IMG/VR virus record: IMGVR_UViG_3300048803_000071
Location: 1 to 64,000 of that record
Length of the DNA: 64,000 nt
Source of the DNA: a virus
Lineage: Duplodnaviria > Caudoviricetes
Direction: 5' to 3' (one strand)
Position numbers and translations under genes: made by a program. The first letter of the stretch is position 1. Each line of letters starts with the position of its first letter. This document shows positions 19,748-29,689 of this stretch, piece after piece. The notes beneath the pieces were generated by a model. That model made no database searches. It saw only the letters and a list, made by a program, of their open reading frames with translations, and was not told the DNA's origin.

Positions 19748-20644
19748 CACTTTCTTCTTATATCTTTTGTTTCTTCTTCGAACATTTTTCTTCTTGTAAT
19801 CTGTATTGATCTTACTGTGTCAATATCACTTATAAATTTTTGGTTTTCATACGATTTTCTTAATTGTTCCTCTTCTTCTTTCGCTTCTTTTACATCGGCG
19901 TCTGTTGAATAGTTTTCTTTACAATTCAAAATTGCATGTGCTTCTTCTTTTAGTTCATTTTCAAATTGCTCAGCTGTAAGGGAACTTTCACCGGCGGGTA
20001 GTCTTTCTTCGAATACTTCTCTTAAACTTGCTAATCTTATTAATAAGTAATCTTTGAATATCTCTGGTTTCGTTGCTTTTAAATAGCGTTCATCTGTTAA
20101 AGGTAATTTATAATAATCTCTCCAATAGTTTACTATGCTTTTCGATTCTAAATATTCATCGGATAATTCTTCGGATAACTCGATATTCTCATTATTAAAA
20201 TCAATGTCGTGTAATTCATTTATTAGTTGTAGTAGTTTTTCTTTTTTTGACGTTTCGAAAAAATTGACTAACCGCTACCTCGTGAGCGGCTTGGATTTCT
20301 TTTAGTTCCTCTTCCGTTATTTCTGAAAGAACTTTTGGTTTTCTTGTCCCTAATACTTTTATTGTTGCATATGTCTCACATTTCTTCATTAAATTATTAC
20401 AGCCGGATACTAATGCTATATCATAAGAATCGTTTATGCTTTGGATTTTTATTTCTCCGTTTTCTCCGGGCTTAAGCCTTTGATATATTTTTAATATATC
20501 CTGCCGTGCTCGTTCAAGCGGGACTATACCACCGTATAGTCCCGCTAAAGTAGATTCGATTCGTCGTTTTTCAAGGAAAGTTGGTTCTGCAATAATTTCG
20601 AACTCTCCAATCCCTTTAACGTCGAAAGTTATTGTTTCTCTCAT
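19732..20644 (-). CDS. Tail assembly chaperone GT (programmed frameshift product)
   Basis: Frame 19732-20274 is stop-free, has no ATG before its conserved motif, and overlaps the end of G at TTT TTT CGA (20255-20263); contains YWRDYYKLPLTDERYL. Confidence 0.75.
20216..20644 (-). CDS. Tail assembly chaperone G
   Basis: Between tube and tape measure genes; ends ...QFFRN at the slippery site. Confidence 0.75.
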   Translation of the reverse strand: MRETITFDVKGIGEFEIIAEPTFLEKRRIESTLAGLYGGIVPLERARQDILKIYQRLKPGENGEIKIQSINDSYDIALVSGCNNLMKKCETYATIKVLGTRKPKVLSEITEEELKEIQAAHEVAVSQFFRNVKKRKTTTTNK

Positions 20645-20653
20645 GATATCCCT

Positions 20654-21238
20654 TTAAGGTGTCCCCGCTGATGATACCATATCAACTTCTGAAACATCAC
20701 CCGGATAGAATGCCATTGGATTCATAAGCTTCCAGTCTTTGCCCGTTAATCTGTATCTGTACATACCTCTGAGCGATTCCATTACTATGCCATTAGGTGA
20801 CATTGTTGAACCTCTTCCGGCAAACCGCGCTCCATACCAGGAATTTAATACCATACCCGGTGTTGGTGTGTCCTGTCCTGCACTTTGTATGAGCGTAAGC
20901 TCTGTTTCCCAGGCTAAGGTTTTGACCGTTGGTAAACTGTCATTCAGCCTTAATGTATACATCGCTTGACAGTCAAAACTTCCCATTTCCTGCATTCCTA
21001 ATAATAATTCTTGAATGAAATAGGTGTCCCATTCAAGTACCGGTAATATTTGATAGTTTTCCTGGTAATTGAAGTTCTGTCCTCGGGCTACTAAATTCTT
21101 TGGATCTACATCTGAAGGTAATGATACTCCCCGGGTGAATAAGACCTTTAATGCATTACCGACGAAAGATTTTGTATAAGTTGGATGGTTGATATCCCCT
21201 TTATAATAAGATCCCTTTCTGTTAAATGTTATTTTCAT
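20654..21238 (-). CDS. Tail tube protein
   Basis: Immediately downstream of sheath; 194 aa, beta-rich. Confidence 0.75.
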   Translation of the reverse strand: MKITFNRKGSYYKGDINHPTYTKSFVGNALKVLFTRGVSLPSDVDPKNLVARGQNFNYQENYQILPVLEWDTYFIQELLLGMQEMGSFDCQAMYTLRLNDSLPTVKTLAWETELTLIQSAGQDTPTPGMVLNSWYGARFAGRGSTMSPNGIVMESLRGMYRYRLTGKDWKLMNPMAFYPGDVSEVDMVSSAGTP

Positions 21239-21330
21239 TCGGCTTTTTTTCTTTTAATTTTAAATTATTTTATTTGTTTCTTCTGCTCTTCCTGCTTCTG
21301 CTACTGCAACTGCTCCTGTTCTTTTGCTCT

Positions 21331-23283
21331 TTACGCTATCACCGCCCCTGTGACCACATAATTCTCTATACCTATGAAGTCGGTTACATCCGGTAATACA
21401 ATTTCCGTTTTGATTAAGAAGCCTAATTCCACCTTCTTAATCTCTTTAAATCTTATCGTAATTACATATCCGGCTTCGATGTAAGCTGAAGCACTTGCAT
21501 TTAAAAATCCTATTACATCATTGAGAGTTACTCTGTCATTACCTATTAATGCTTCATCGAGACCTTCCATTATTCCAACGTGGAAATAATCCGCCAACCC
21601 TCTTTGTTGAATTAAATATGTCATTTTATCGGCTTCGTTCCATTCGTGACTGTGGTCCTGATAAGTGTTTATTCCCTGTGAAATTTTAATTCCATATTTT
21701 CCTTTTATCGCTAACATGACTCCGTTTTTTGTACAGTATGCTATTTCCGTATCGGTTAATTCACCCTCTAAACTCGATGCTATCACCCTGTCTCTGGTTA
21801 GATTGTGAGTTACGGGATTTGCAAGCATAGCTCCGAATACCTGCGGTGCAAAGGATAAATATGAAGGTTTATCGTCAAATCCAATTGCCGGTAATATTAC
21901 CTGGTCTGAATTTAGGTTCTTCGCTCGTGTAACCCATTGTGCCGGTGTCTCTCCGGCTGCTGTCCCCGCTACTATTTGTAATGGCTGTTTGTACTCATTC
22001 CCTTTCATTAATGTTGCTAAAGCATCGAATGCACTGTGAATTGCAGTATCGGAGGTTGCAAGATTTATTACTCTTATATTTATTTTATGTTCATATAAAA
22101 AATCTTTCCTCCAATCAGGGAAAAGTCCTGCGATTGCTAAATAATCCGTTGAACTAACTGCCGGTGTTGTACCCAATGTTGCCGTTCCTATTTCTGAAAA
22201 ATAATCACTTGAAAAAGCTGCCGGTGTTGTAGTCGCTGCTGTATGTATCGCAAATATTAATTCATCTTGATATTCATTTAATTTGTGAACTATCGTTTCT
22301 AAATCCCATTCGGCAAATGTAAAATCAACAGTTGTTTCTTTACTTGTATCTGATTGGATTAATCTTGCATAGTTTGCCTTGGTAACTGTTGCGCCGACTA
22401 TTGCAGTTTCTATTAATACTTTATATCCTCCAACTGTTGAATTATATGTGGTATTTATAAAGGTTATTGTAACTGATGTTAATTTCCCGTCTGCTGATGT
22501 CATTAAATCAAATACGTTTCCTACTGAAATACCCTCTATACTGTCTATCCATAAAAAATTTTGTCCGGCTATTGCGTTTGCAGCTATCATTTTTTCATTC
22601 TTTGTAGGAATAAATGAAAATGTAAATAATGGCTGAACAATCTGGTATCCCGAATCTGTCGAGGGATTTACTGTCCAGGTTGCAACAGTTAAAGCAGTTG
22701 CTGTATTGTCTGTTATTTTCCTTGTCTGCCCTATTCCTGTCCCGCTGACTATTTTTACCCATTTCCCTATTAATGCATCGATAGTCCATGTGGCTCCGGA
22801 ATCTGTTAAAGATGTTGCTCCTCCGGCCGTCGCTGTTCCGGAATCGATGACCGTTTGTTCATCACCACCTGCGGCTTCTGTTAATCCTAACTTTATATCA
22901 TTACCAAATACACCATAGTTTTTAAGTGAAGCCTCTACATCTAAAACTATGGCTGCAGAACCATTTACAACCCCTGTTGATGCTTTTGTTGTAGGTTGTG
23001 CGTTTAATACAAATATTGCCCCAGCTCCTAATTTCTGAGCCTCTTTGAAGTTGTTGTATATATCATCATATCCGTAATCCGCAGCTACTGCCCCGGGATT
23101 ATCATATAAACACATAACTTCACTTCCTTTTTCGGATGCATTATAAGGTGTTCCTTTCGGTGACTTCCCTATAATTAATCCTACATTAAAATCCGGTAAA
23201 TTAGCACCGGCTTGTTGTATAACTCCCAGAAGTCCAACTACTCCTGGTACGTCGTAAGTTTTACCATTAAATTGAAATCCCAT
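21331..23283 (-). CDS. Tail sheath protein
   Basis: FNGKTYDVPGV N-terminus, NYGVFGNDI, KISQGINTY and DFI C-terminal sheath motifs. Confidence 0.9.
   Translation of the reverse strand: MGFQFNGKTYDVPGVVGLLGVIQQAGANLPDFNVGLIIGKSPKGTPYNASEKGSEVMCLYDNPGAVAADYGYDDIYNNFKEAQKLGAGAIFVLNAQPTTKASTGVVNGSAAIVLDVEASLKNYGVFGNDIKLGLTEAAGGDEQTVIDSGTATAGGATSLTDSGATWTIDALIGKWVKIVSGTGIGQTRKITDNTATALTVATWTVNPSTDSGYQIVQPLFTFSFIPTKNEKMIAANAIAGQNFLWIDSIEGISVGNVFDLMTSADGKLTSVTITFINTTYNSTVGGYKVLIETAIVGATVTKANYARLIQSDTSKETTVDFTFAEWDLETIVHKLNEYQDELIFAIHTAATTTPAAFSSDYFSEIGTATLGTTPAVSSTDYLAIAGLFPDWRKDFLYEHKINIRVINLATSDTAIHSAFDALATLMKGNEYKQPLQIVAGTAAGETPAQWVTRAKNLNSDQVILPAIGFDDKPSYLSFAPQVFGAMLANPVTHNLTRDRVIASSLEGELTDTEIAYCTKNGVMLAIKGKYGIKISQGINTYQDHSHEWNEADKMTYLIQQRGLADYFHVGIMEGLDEALIGNDRVTLNDVIGFLNASASAYIEAGYVITIRFKEIKKVELGFLIKTEIVLPDVTDFIGIENYVVTGAVIA
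22681..22848 (-). repeat. 168-bp segment duplicated at 24355-24522
   Basis: Ungapped alignment, 141/168 identical by hand count; encodes IDSGT...WTIDALIGKWVKI...RKITDNTAT domain. Confidence 0.95.
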
Positions 23284-23315
23284 TGCATTTCCTTTTTTAA
23301 GTTAATTAAAAATAT

Positions 23316-23717
23316 TTATTTCAAAAAATCTAAATATAACTTCTCCCATTCCTCATTTGTCTTTTTTTCGTTCTCGGGAATTTTTGCCAGCTGGCATTTC
23401 ACTGTCATAAATTTCAAAGCGAATTTATTCACAGCATTTTTTTCTAACCCTTTACAAAACTCGTGTAATGTCAGCCCTGCCACTTCTTCTGCCCCTGCAA
23501 CTTCTTGCTTTTGCTCTTGCTCTTTATCAACTGCTACTGCTCCTGCAACTTCTTGTTCTTGCTCTTTATCAGTTGCTTCTGCTACTGCCCCTGCTACTTC
23601 TTGCCCCTGCTCTTGCTCTTTATCAACCCCGGCTACTTCTTGTTCTTGCTCTTCAGCTGCTTCTGCAACTGCATCTGCTACTGAAACTTCTTCTTTGTCT
23701 CTTTTAGTTTTACCCAT
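23316..23717 (-). CDS. Small acidic low-complexity protein
   Basis: Repeats of EQEQEVAG and AVA-DKEQ. Confidence 0.55.
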   Translation of the reverse strand: MGKTKRDKEEVSVADAVAEAAEEQEQEVAGVDKEQEQGQEVAGAVAEATDKEQEQEVAGAVAVDKEQEQKQEVAGAEEVAGLTLHEFCKGLEKNAVNKFALKFMTVKCQLAKIPENEKKTNEEWEKLYLDFLK

Positions 23718-24837
23718 TGTCGTTTATGAATTCAGTTTCGAAAAATAAGTTATTTAATAATTCATCCTCTTCTTGCGATGATATTAAGTTTTGGATAAGA
23801 ACATTTATTAATAAACCGCCGTACATTAGATTCTTACCCGTATATCGCTGATCTATCCCATCACCTATAATGGATATTTTTACATCCAATATTCCGTCTC
23901 CGCCTTTTGTGTTGAGATATCTTTTTATTACTCTTTTTGTTCCCCGGAATATGTTTGTTAATTTATCCCTTAATCTTGGATTATCCGCACATTCCCAGAT
24001 TACCGATAAAACATCTGTATCGATATCACCTGTTAATATTAAATTGCCATTTGTAGCAGAAATATCGGACCAGAACCTGTATGAATTCTCACCTGAACTC
24101 CTTGTAACTACAATAAAGCATGGATCTGTTACTTCTACAGGGAATTCGTTATAAACCATTATTTCCGATTTGGTCTGCCTTGCAACGCTTCTTAAAAGCT
24201 TTTTAAAACATTCTATTACTAAATCTTTTGTATCTGCTACTGAAATAACAGCCTCAAAATCCTTTGCTAAAATATTTGCAGATAATATATCCGATATGTT
24301 ATTTTCGAAAATTTCATATAGGGATGTACTGTTTGGAAGAGGCGTCGACCATGCTGCAATAGTTAAAGAGGTTGCTGTATTGTCTGTTATTTTTCTTACT
24401 TGACCGGCACCTGCTCCGGATATTATTTTTACCCATTTTCCTATTAATGCATCGATAGTCCAGGTGGCTCCTGTATCTGATAAAGATGTTGCTCCTCCGG
24501 ATGTTACTGTTCCGGAATCGATTAAAATTTTTGCTTTCTCAATAACAACAGCCCTGTAATAATATTTTTGCTTCCCTTCTACATCTACATCACGAACCGA
24601 TAATTGATTGTTAGATAAGGTGTAGTAGACAAATAATCCTTTTGTTATGCTTTCCGGTACAGGGTTTGCAATATAATTTGTTATTTCTTCGTTTGTAATG
24701 TCTGATTTGGACCTTTTGAAAATATATAACTGATAAAGTGGATCGAGCTTTTGTTCGAATTGCCAGTTTATATCGATTTCATTACCGAGTGGATGTGCAT
24801 ATAATTCGAAAACTATAGGTGTTGGCGGTGCTACCAT
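23710..24837 (-). CDS. Tail terminator/neck protein with FN3-like N-terminus
   Basis: IDINW...YIFKR...YYYRAV FN3-like pattern; C-terminal terminator-like domain (IWE...RLRDKL); upstream of sheath. Confidence 0.6.
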   Translation of the reverse strand: MVAPPTPIVFELYAHPLGNEIDINWQFEQKLDPLYQLYIFKRSKSDITNEEITNYIANPVPESITKGLFVYYTLSNNQLSVRDVDVEGKQKYYYRAVVIEKAKILIDSGTVTSGGATSLSDTGATWTIDALIGKWVKIISGAGAGQVRKITDNTATSLTIAAWSTPLPNSTSLYEIFENNISDILSANILAKDFEAVISVADTKDLVIECFKKLLRSVARQTKSEIMVYNEFPVEVTDPCFIVVTRSSGENSYRFWSDISATNGNLILTGDIDTDVLSVIWECADNPRLRDKLTNIFRGTKRVIKRYLNTKGGDGILDVKISIIGDGIDQRYTGKNLMYGGLLINVLIQNLISSQEEDELLNNLFFETEFINDNG

Positions 24838-24897
24838 GATTTATTTTCAAATAAAGGTTTCAAATAAAAGCTTCAAATACTGTATTTCCAAATATGA

Positions 24898-24947
24898 TAC
24901 AAAAATCTCGATGTGCGTGAGGAAATTACAAGGGGGGGTGGTTCTTT
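24898..24947 (-). promoter_or_regulatory. Putative late promoter, copy 2 (tail operon)
   Basis: 50-bp exact duplicate of 34862-34911; contains TTGTAA...GATTTTTG on the minus strand. Confidence 0.75.
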
Positions 24948-24948
24948 A

Positions 24949-25311
24949 TTAAAAGTTTTTAAATATTAGGAGAAGTATTGCATAATCCAAATATACACTC
25001 ATTACTTCATACCAAAGCCATTCTTCAACGATCCACCACCTTTTACCTATTGTGTGCAGGAATGAATCTTGTTTTGTATGCAATCCCCAACCGGGAAACC
25101 ATCTCATATATTTGTTAATCTTTCCATAGTGTGCAGAATTATACCAGGCGTAACCGTCTTTTTTTACCCTTGCTTTGTATTCGCCGTATAAGTCCGGAAC
25201 TACTGATATTCCTCCGAATACCGCTGCTGTTATAATAAATGCTGTAGGGTCAATAAGCTTAACCGGATATGCTGTAATTCCACCCTGTATAAAATGTGTT
25301 ATTAGATTCAA
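24949..25311 (-). CDS. Membrane metal-dependent hydrolase-like protein (YdjM-like)
   Basis: TH, PD, H and H-x-x-x-D motifs with hydrophobic helices. Confidence 0.5.
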   Translation of the reverse strand: MNLITHFIQGGITAYPVKLIDPTAFIITAAVFGGISVVPDLYGEYKARVKKDGYAWYNSAHYGKINKYMRWFPGWGLHTKQDSFLHTIGKRWWIVEEWLWYEVMSVYLDYAILLLIFKNF

Positions 25312-26126
25312 GAAAACGATTTTAATAAATTCTGAAATTCAATTGTTACTATACTTTCCATATCACTCTTCATGTCTGTAAATATGTGCTTCGGTAGACA
25401 ACCCGGATGTATCCAGGAATCTGCAGGGGAATTTTTACTTATAGTCCGGAATGATGCAAATTTCTGCCCTGCAGTTGATTTTGTGTATTTTGTGTTCCCG
25501 GTTAAATTTTCAAATTTCCCGCTTTTCCATGTGTAATCTATAGTTTTCTTAACTCCTGAATTTTCCTGACCGAATTTATTATTTAAATTAAGAGGTGAAA
25601 AATATTTCCTGTTTCGTTCATTTACAAGATTAGGGCGTGCATTCGGTCCTAAAAGTTCAGGGAAGTTTTTTTTCGATAATGGGTAATCCTGAAAATAATT
25701 ATGCGTTTTTGCAAGATTAAATAAACTTTTTGGGACCTGTATCCCTGAACCTGCCATTACTCCCGGAGCTCCTATATCAAATTTTATGTGGACTTTATCC
25801 CTGCCCTTTAATAGCTTTTCTTTCATATCAAAAGCATCGAATCCATATTCCAGCAATTCTCCAATATTAGTTCTTCCTTTTTCTTCGAACTTTGGTTTGA
25901 TTGAATAAAATAACGGATCACCATTGTTTGGGTAGGAAGCTCCCTGCTCTACCGCTTCGATATATTTTTGTGGGTTTTTTATTCTTTCGGATGCGTTGCT
26001 GATCCACTTGTTTAAAGCTAAATCCCCCAATTCCTTTACTTTGTTCCTGAGTGCAATTTGTATTTCATCAAATCTGCTTTCGATATCAGAAATTAAAGAA
26101 AGATCAATATCTACGGTAATATTCAT
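25308..26126 (-). CDS. Neck/tail completion protein
   Basis: LEYG-x-x-x-FDMK and FRTIS-x-x-SP-x-x-SWIHPG motifs typical of large-myovirus neck proteins. Confidence 0.75.
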   Translation of the reverse strand: MNITVDIDLSLISDIESRFDEIQIALRNKVKELGDLALNKWISNASERIKNPQKYIEAVEQGASYPNNGDPLFYSIKPKFEEKGRTNIGELLEYGFDAFDMKEKLLKGRDKVHIKFDIGAPGVMAGSGIQVPKSLFNLAKTHNYFQDYPLSKKNFPELLGPNARPNLVNERNRKYFSPLNLNNKFGQENSGVKKTIDYTWKSGKFENLTGNTKYTKSTAGQKFASFRTISKNSPADSWIHPGCLPKHIFTDMKSDMESIVTIEFQNLLKSFS

Positions 26127-26349
26127 TTTTTTTACTAATGCTTATTCTTTTGCTCTTTATAATCTTACTTACTCACTTACTTACTCTCTTACTTACTTAC
26201 TATTTCTTTCTCACTCTTTGTTAACGGAAGATTATATTTTTCCTTTTTCTTAAGTAAATCAAGATATTTCAATTCAACATCGTTAAATTTACTCTTATCC
26301 AAATGAGAAGTTAAATCGTTGTTTTCTTTTGTTTTTATATTATTAATTT

Positions 26350-26838
26350 TCATTTCTTCTTTAATTTTTGTTTTTTTATCTTCTTCACTTCCTCGTTCGG
26401 AAAATATTTAGTTAATGTTTCCTCTTTAACTACTAACACAGGGATTTTATCCGTAAACTTTCTTTTTATACAATCCCGCAATAGTGACCCGAGGAACTTA
26501 TTATCTTTTGGAATATATATTTTCGAATCATGTTTGTTTAGCCGTATCTCCGGTCTCCTCGTTAACCAATGTTTCCTTATATTCCCGAAATATGTCTGAG
26601 GAATTAAATTTTCAGATTTTATACTGAATAAATATTTATTTATACTGCCGTTTGGTGCATACTCGTGAATCACAATGAAATCATCCCTCCTTAATGAATC
26701 CGCTTCTTGCACTAAGATCATAATATTTATTGCTCCATTATTCTCGTTCCATTCAAATTCCTTCTTTCCAATAATATTGAAAAGTTTTTTGTATTCCGTA
26801 TATGGAATATCCCTTAATATTTCTTGATCTATTTTCAT
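26350..26838 (-). CDS. Degenerate paralog of the adjacent peptidase
   Basis: Shares DF-x-V-x-H, YFGNIR-x-H and C-terminal PV motifs with 26854-27477 but lacks the NIH...SLGC segment. Confidence 0.55.
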   Translation of the reverse strand: MKIDQEILRDIPYTEYKKLFNIIGKKEFEWNENNGAINIMILVQEADSLRRDDFIVIHEYAPNGSINKYLFSIKSENLIPQTYFGNIRKHWLTRRPEIRLNKHDSKIYIPKDNKFLGSLLRDCIKRKFTDKIPVLVVKEETLTKYFPNEEVKKIKKQKLKKK

Positions 26839-26853
26839 AATATTTTTTTAGTT

Positions 26854-27477
26854 TTATGAAATTTTGTTATAAAGCTCTTCAAATTTATTGTCCCGAATAA
26901 TCATAACCGGGACATAATCTTTATTAGTACAATTTTTTAATAACGGATAAAATTCTTCGTGATAATCTGTTTCATCTGCAAGTATAACACATCCCAGTGA
27001 AGAATTATAAAAACCTCCATTATCATGAATGTTTATTGTAAAATTCCCCTCTCTATCAATATAGTGACTTGGATCTTTATCATAATATCTCCTTACCCAT
27101 ACTTTACAATTATCCTGAGCTATACAAAGTCTGCCTGGTGTCCAATGATGATTTCGGATATTGCCAAAATATAACTGCGGATCGTAAATATTAGCAATAT
27201 ATTCCCTATGTGTTTTTGGATCAGTTGTAACAGATAAACATAATTTAACGCATTGAGTATCGGTATAATGTAAGACAACAAGAAAATCATTGTTTCTTAT
27301 TTGGTCATTTGCAATTCCAATATCATTACACCTTATGGCAAATACATTGATATTCCCAACTTCTGTTTTCATAGAAATATCTTTAAAGTATTTTGTGTCT
27401 TTTTGTTCATTTTTTAAAAGTTCAAATACTTTTTCGTATTTATCGTAATCGACATTTAAGAGAAATTCTTTATCCAT
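26854..27477 (-). CDS. L,D-transpeptidase-like (His/Cys) cell-wall peptidase
   Basis: TTDP, INIH and SLGCV motifs. Confidence 0.65.
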   Translation of the reverse strand: MDKEFLLNVDYDKYEKVFELLKNEQKDTKYFKDISMKTEVGNINVFAIRCNDIGIANDQIRNNDFLVVLHYTDTQCVKLCLSVTTDPKTHREYIANIYDPQLYFGNIRNHHWTPGRLCIAQDNCKVWVRRYYDKDPSHYIDREGNFTINIHDNGGFYNSSLGCVILADETDYHEEFYPLLKNCTNKDYVPVMIIRDNKFEELYNKIS

Positions 27478-27708
27478 GATTTTTTATTTTAAGTTTTCCA
27501 AAAATTAATTACTAATTTTAAATCAAGGGTTGAGTTTCGCAACATTCCAAAATATTTATTAACATTTTTAATTTTAATTAAGGAGAATATCTCAACCCTT
27601 TTAAATTATTTTTTATTCTCTATTCTTCGTGTTTATCTTTTGCTCTTTATAATCTTTCCTGCTACTGCAACTGCTACTTGCTCTTTATGCTCTTCCCTAT
27701 TCACTTTC

Positions 27709-28464
27709 TCACTCACTCACTTCCTTCGTTCCTTCAATAATTGGATTTAAAGGTGTAAAATTAACGTCGACTTCCATTGATTTATTAAAGTCACCGTCAA
27801 AGAATGGTCTTAACCTGCAATATACCAGACGTGGTAAATCGCTGTCTACTGCTCCTCTTGGCTTTGGCATATCTTCCCAAACTATATAATTTATATCCGC
27901 TAAATATTCCACCGCATAAAAACCGCTTTCCGGATATTCACCCCCCTCTATCCAGTTGATTGTAGTTTTCTCCGGAGTTATAGTTAGTGAATAATCCGTA
28001 TCTTCTACAAAAGTTTTTCTTTTTTCCGATACAGATAATACTTTGTTTACATTGAAAGCTAATAAGTCGTTGTTTCGTCTGTAATCGTTTATATCCCTCT
28101 CCCTGCGGATATCACCTTGCATGACTATTACATCGCCTCTCGTTATTTCCGTATACGCTCTTTGCAAGTTATGGTCCTTGTCATATTTTGGAATGGTTAT
28201 TTTACATCCTCCTTCATACATCGCGGCTGTCTTTTCGTGCAGCCACCTTAAACTCATACCGGTACGAATTACAGAATGTTCTACAGCCGATGTTTCGTAT
28301 ATTATTCCATAGATGCACTCTTCGCAAGTTGGATCGTAAACTCCCTGTTTCGAAACGCAAGAACAAAGTTTTCCGAAAAAGATATCTGAGTTTGGACTCG
28401 AATCTCCATTGCCGAATACTGTATATAATGATTTTATTTCGCTCTCAGGTATTATTATTCCCAT
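27709..28464 (-). CDS. Head closure/neck protein
   Basis: CSC...CEEC-x-x-G-x-x-Y and RGDVI motifs; synteny. Confidence 0.7.
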   Translation of the reverse strand: MGIIIPESEIKSLYTVFGNGDSSPNSDIFFGKLCSCVSKQGVYDPTCEECIYGIIYETSAVEHSVIRTGMSLRWLHEKTAAMYEGGCKITIPKYDKDHNLQRAYTEITRGDVIVMQGDIRRERDINDYRRNNDLLAFNVNKVLSVSEKRKTFVEDTDYSLTITPEKTTINWIEGGEYPESGFYAVEYLADINYIVWEDMPKPRGAVDSDLPRLVYCRLRPFFDGDFNKSMEVDVNFTPLNPIIEGTKEVSE

Positions 28465-28470
28465 TACTTT

Positions 28471-28923
28471 TTAATCCGTAGTGATTTGGTTTATTGTTTG
28501 TAGAAAATGTGTTAATTCAAAAGGCTTGAAAGCATATTTATTTGCATTCATATCAGCACATTCTATTAAATAGAAATTGACATCTTCATTATTCGTGCTG
28601 TATAAATAAAATGAAGTTATGATGTATTTTATTCTGTTATTTATGACTGAACATACGGGATCACCGATGCTGAAGGGTGATTCTAAATAGATGATATTAT
28701 TCTCCCTTTCTTTTTTATCACCATTTAGTATTAATTCCTCCGGTTTGAATGCGAATTTCTGGCAAAATTCATTTGTCACCTCAGCTACATAATATACAAC
28801 TTCATTTTTTAATACTTTCAAAACATAAAACGAAGTTAAGTTGTATTTTAAATTAACATCAAGAATCGGAGATACTGAATCCCCTATCTTAAAAATGGTC
28901 TTTATAAATATGCTTGAATTCAT
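28471..28923 (-). CDS. Tandem SH3/KOW-like domain protein
   Basis: Two internal repeats F-x-IGD-x-V...TSFY...AFKP-x-EL. Confidence 0.55.
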   Translation of the reverse strand: MNSSIFIKTIFKIGDSVSPILDVNLKYNLTSFYVLKVLKNEVVYYVAEVTNEFCQKFAFKPEELILNGDKKERENNIIYLESPFSIGDPVCSVINNRIKYIITSFYLYSTNNEDVNFYLIECADMNANKYAFKPFELTHFLQTINQITTD

Positions 28924-29624
28924 GGTTGATAATCGTTTTCTAACTCCTGAAATTCATCCTGATATAATTTTGTGTAATCCACTTCCCCGGGTTGTTTTAT
29001 CTCTTCAAAATACTCAAGCATCTCTCCCCACGTCTTTCCTTTAATAAATTTCTTGTAATCGAATTCCGGATTCCATTGGTTTATTTCGTAAATCAGACAG
29101 CTTATTTTATACATTTGGACAGCTAAAAAGTAATTATCGAGAATTGTCTGTTTTTTCTTTAATTCTTTTATTGTCTGTTCTCTATCTGCACTTTCTATGT
29201 TATCGGATGGTTTCTCTAATTCTTTAATCCTGTTGTCATAATCGTATGCGTTTGAAAACCACGTTGTTTCCATCTGTCCGTATGTTACACATTGTAAAAA
29301 AGGATTATCTTCTATCAAATATTTATTAAAGGATTCCCATTCCTCGACTGTTATTTTATCCGGATATTGCTCTGTGTAAATTTTATCTTCTTCGTTTATA
29401 CCGGCTTGCTGCTCACCCGCTTTTATTCCCTGAGCCTGTGCTTCTGATGTCGATAACCATCTCCTTACGCCAGACGGCGCATATCCTAAAACTCTTTGTG
29501 AACCGTCCGGGAAGTCCTTAGTATCACCAATGTTATATCCGCTTGTATCTTCCCAGGTGTGCGGTTGACCCTTTTTCCTTAGTGCTCCGGATAGCGCCTT
29601 CAATATTTTTAATTTGAACTTCAT
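28920..29624 (-). CDS. Hypothetical protein, possible head cargo
   Basis: N-terminal ILKAL motif matching the putative protease consensus. Confidence 0.35.
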   Translation of the reverse strand: MKFKLKILKALSGALRKKGQPHTWEDTSGYNIGDTKDFPDGSQRVLGYAPSGVRRWLSTSEAQAQGIKAGEQQAGINEEDKIYTEQYPDKITVEEWESFNKYLIEDNPFLQCVTYGQMETTWFSNAYDYDNRIKELEKPSDNIESADREQTIKELKKKQTILDNYFLAVQMYKISCLIYEINQWNPEFDYKKFIKGKTWGEMLEYFEEIKQPGEVDYTKLYQDEFQELENDYQP

Positions 29625-29689
29625 TTTTTATAAAATTCGTATAAATAAAGGTATATTGACCCTCACTGCTTCTGCCACTGCCACTTCCT

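Noticed and set aside
27525-27600. 10-bp inverted repeat as an invertible segment or MITE
   Set aside because: Single copy and no recombinase nearby; at most an RNA hairpin.
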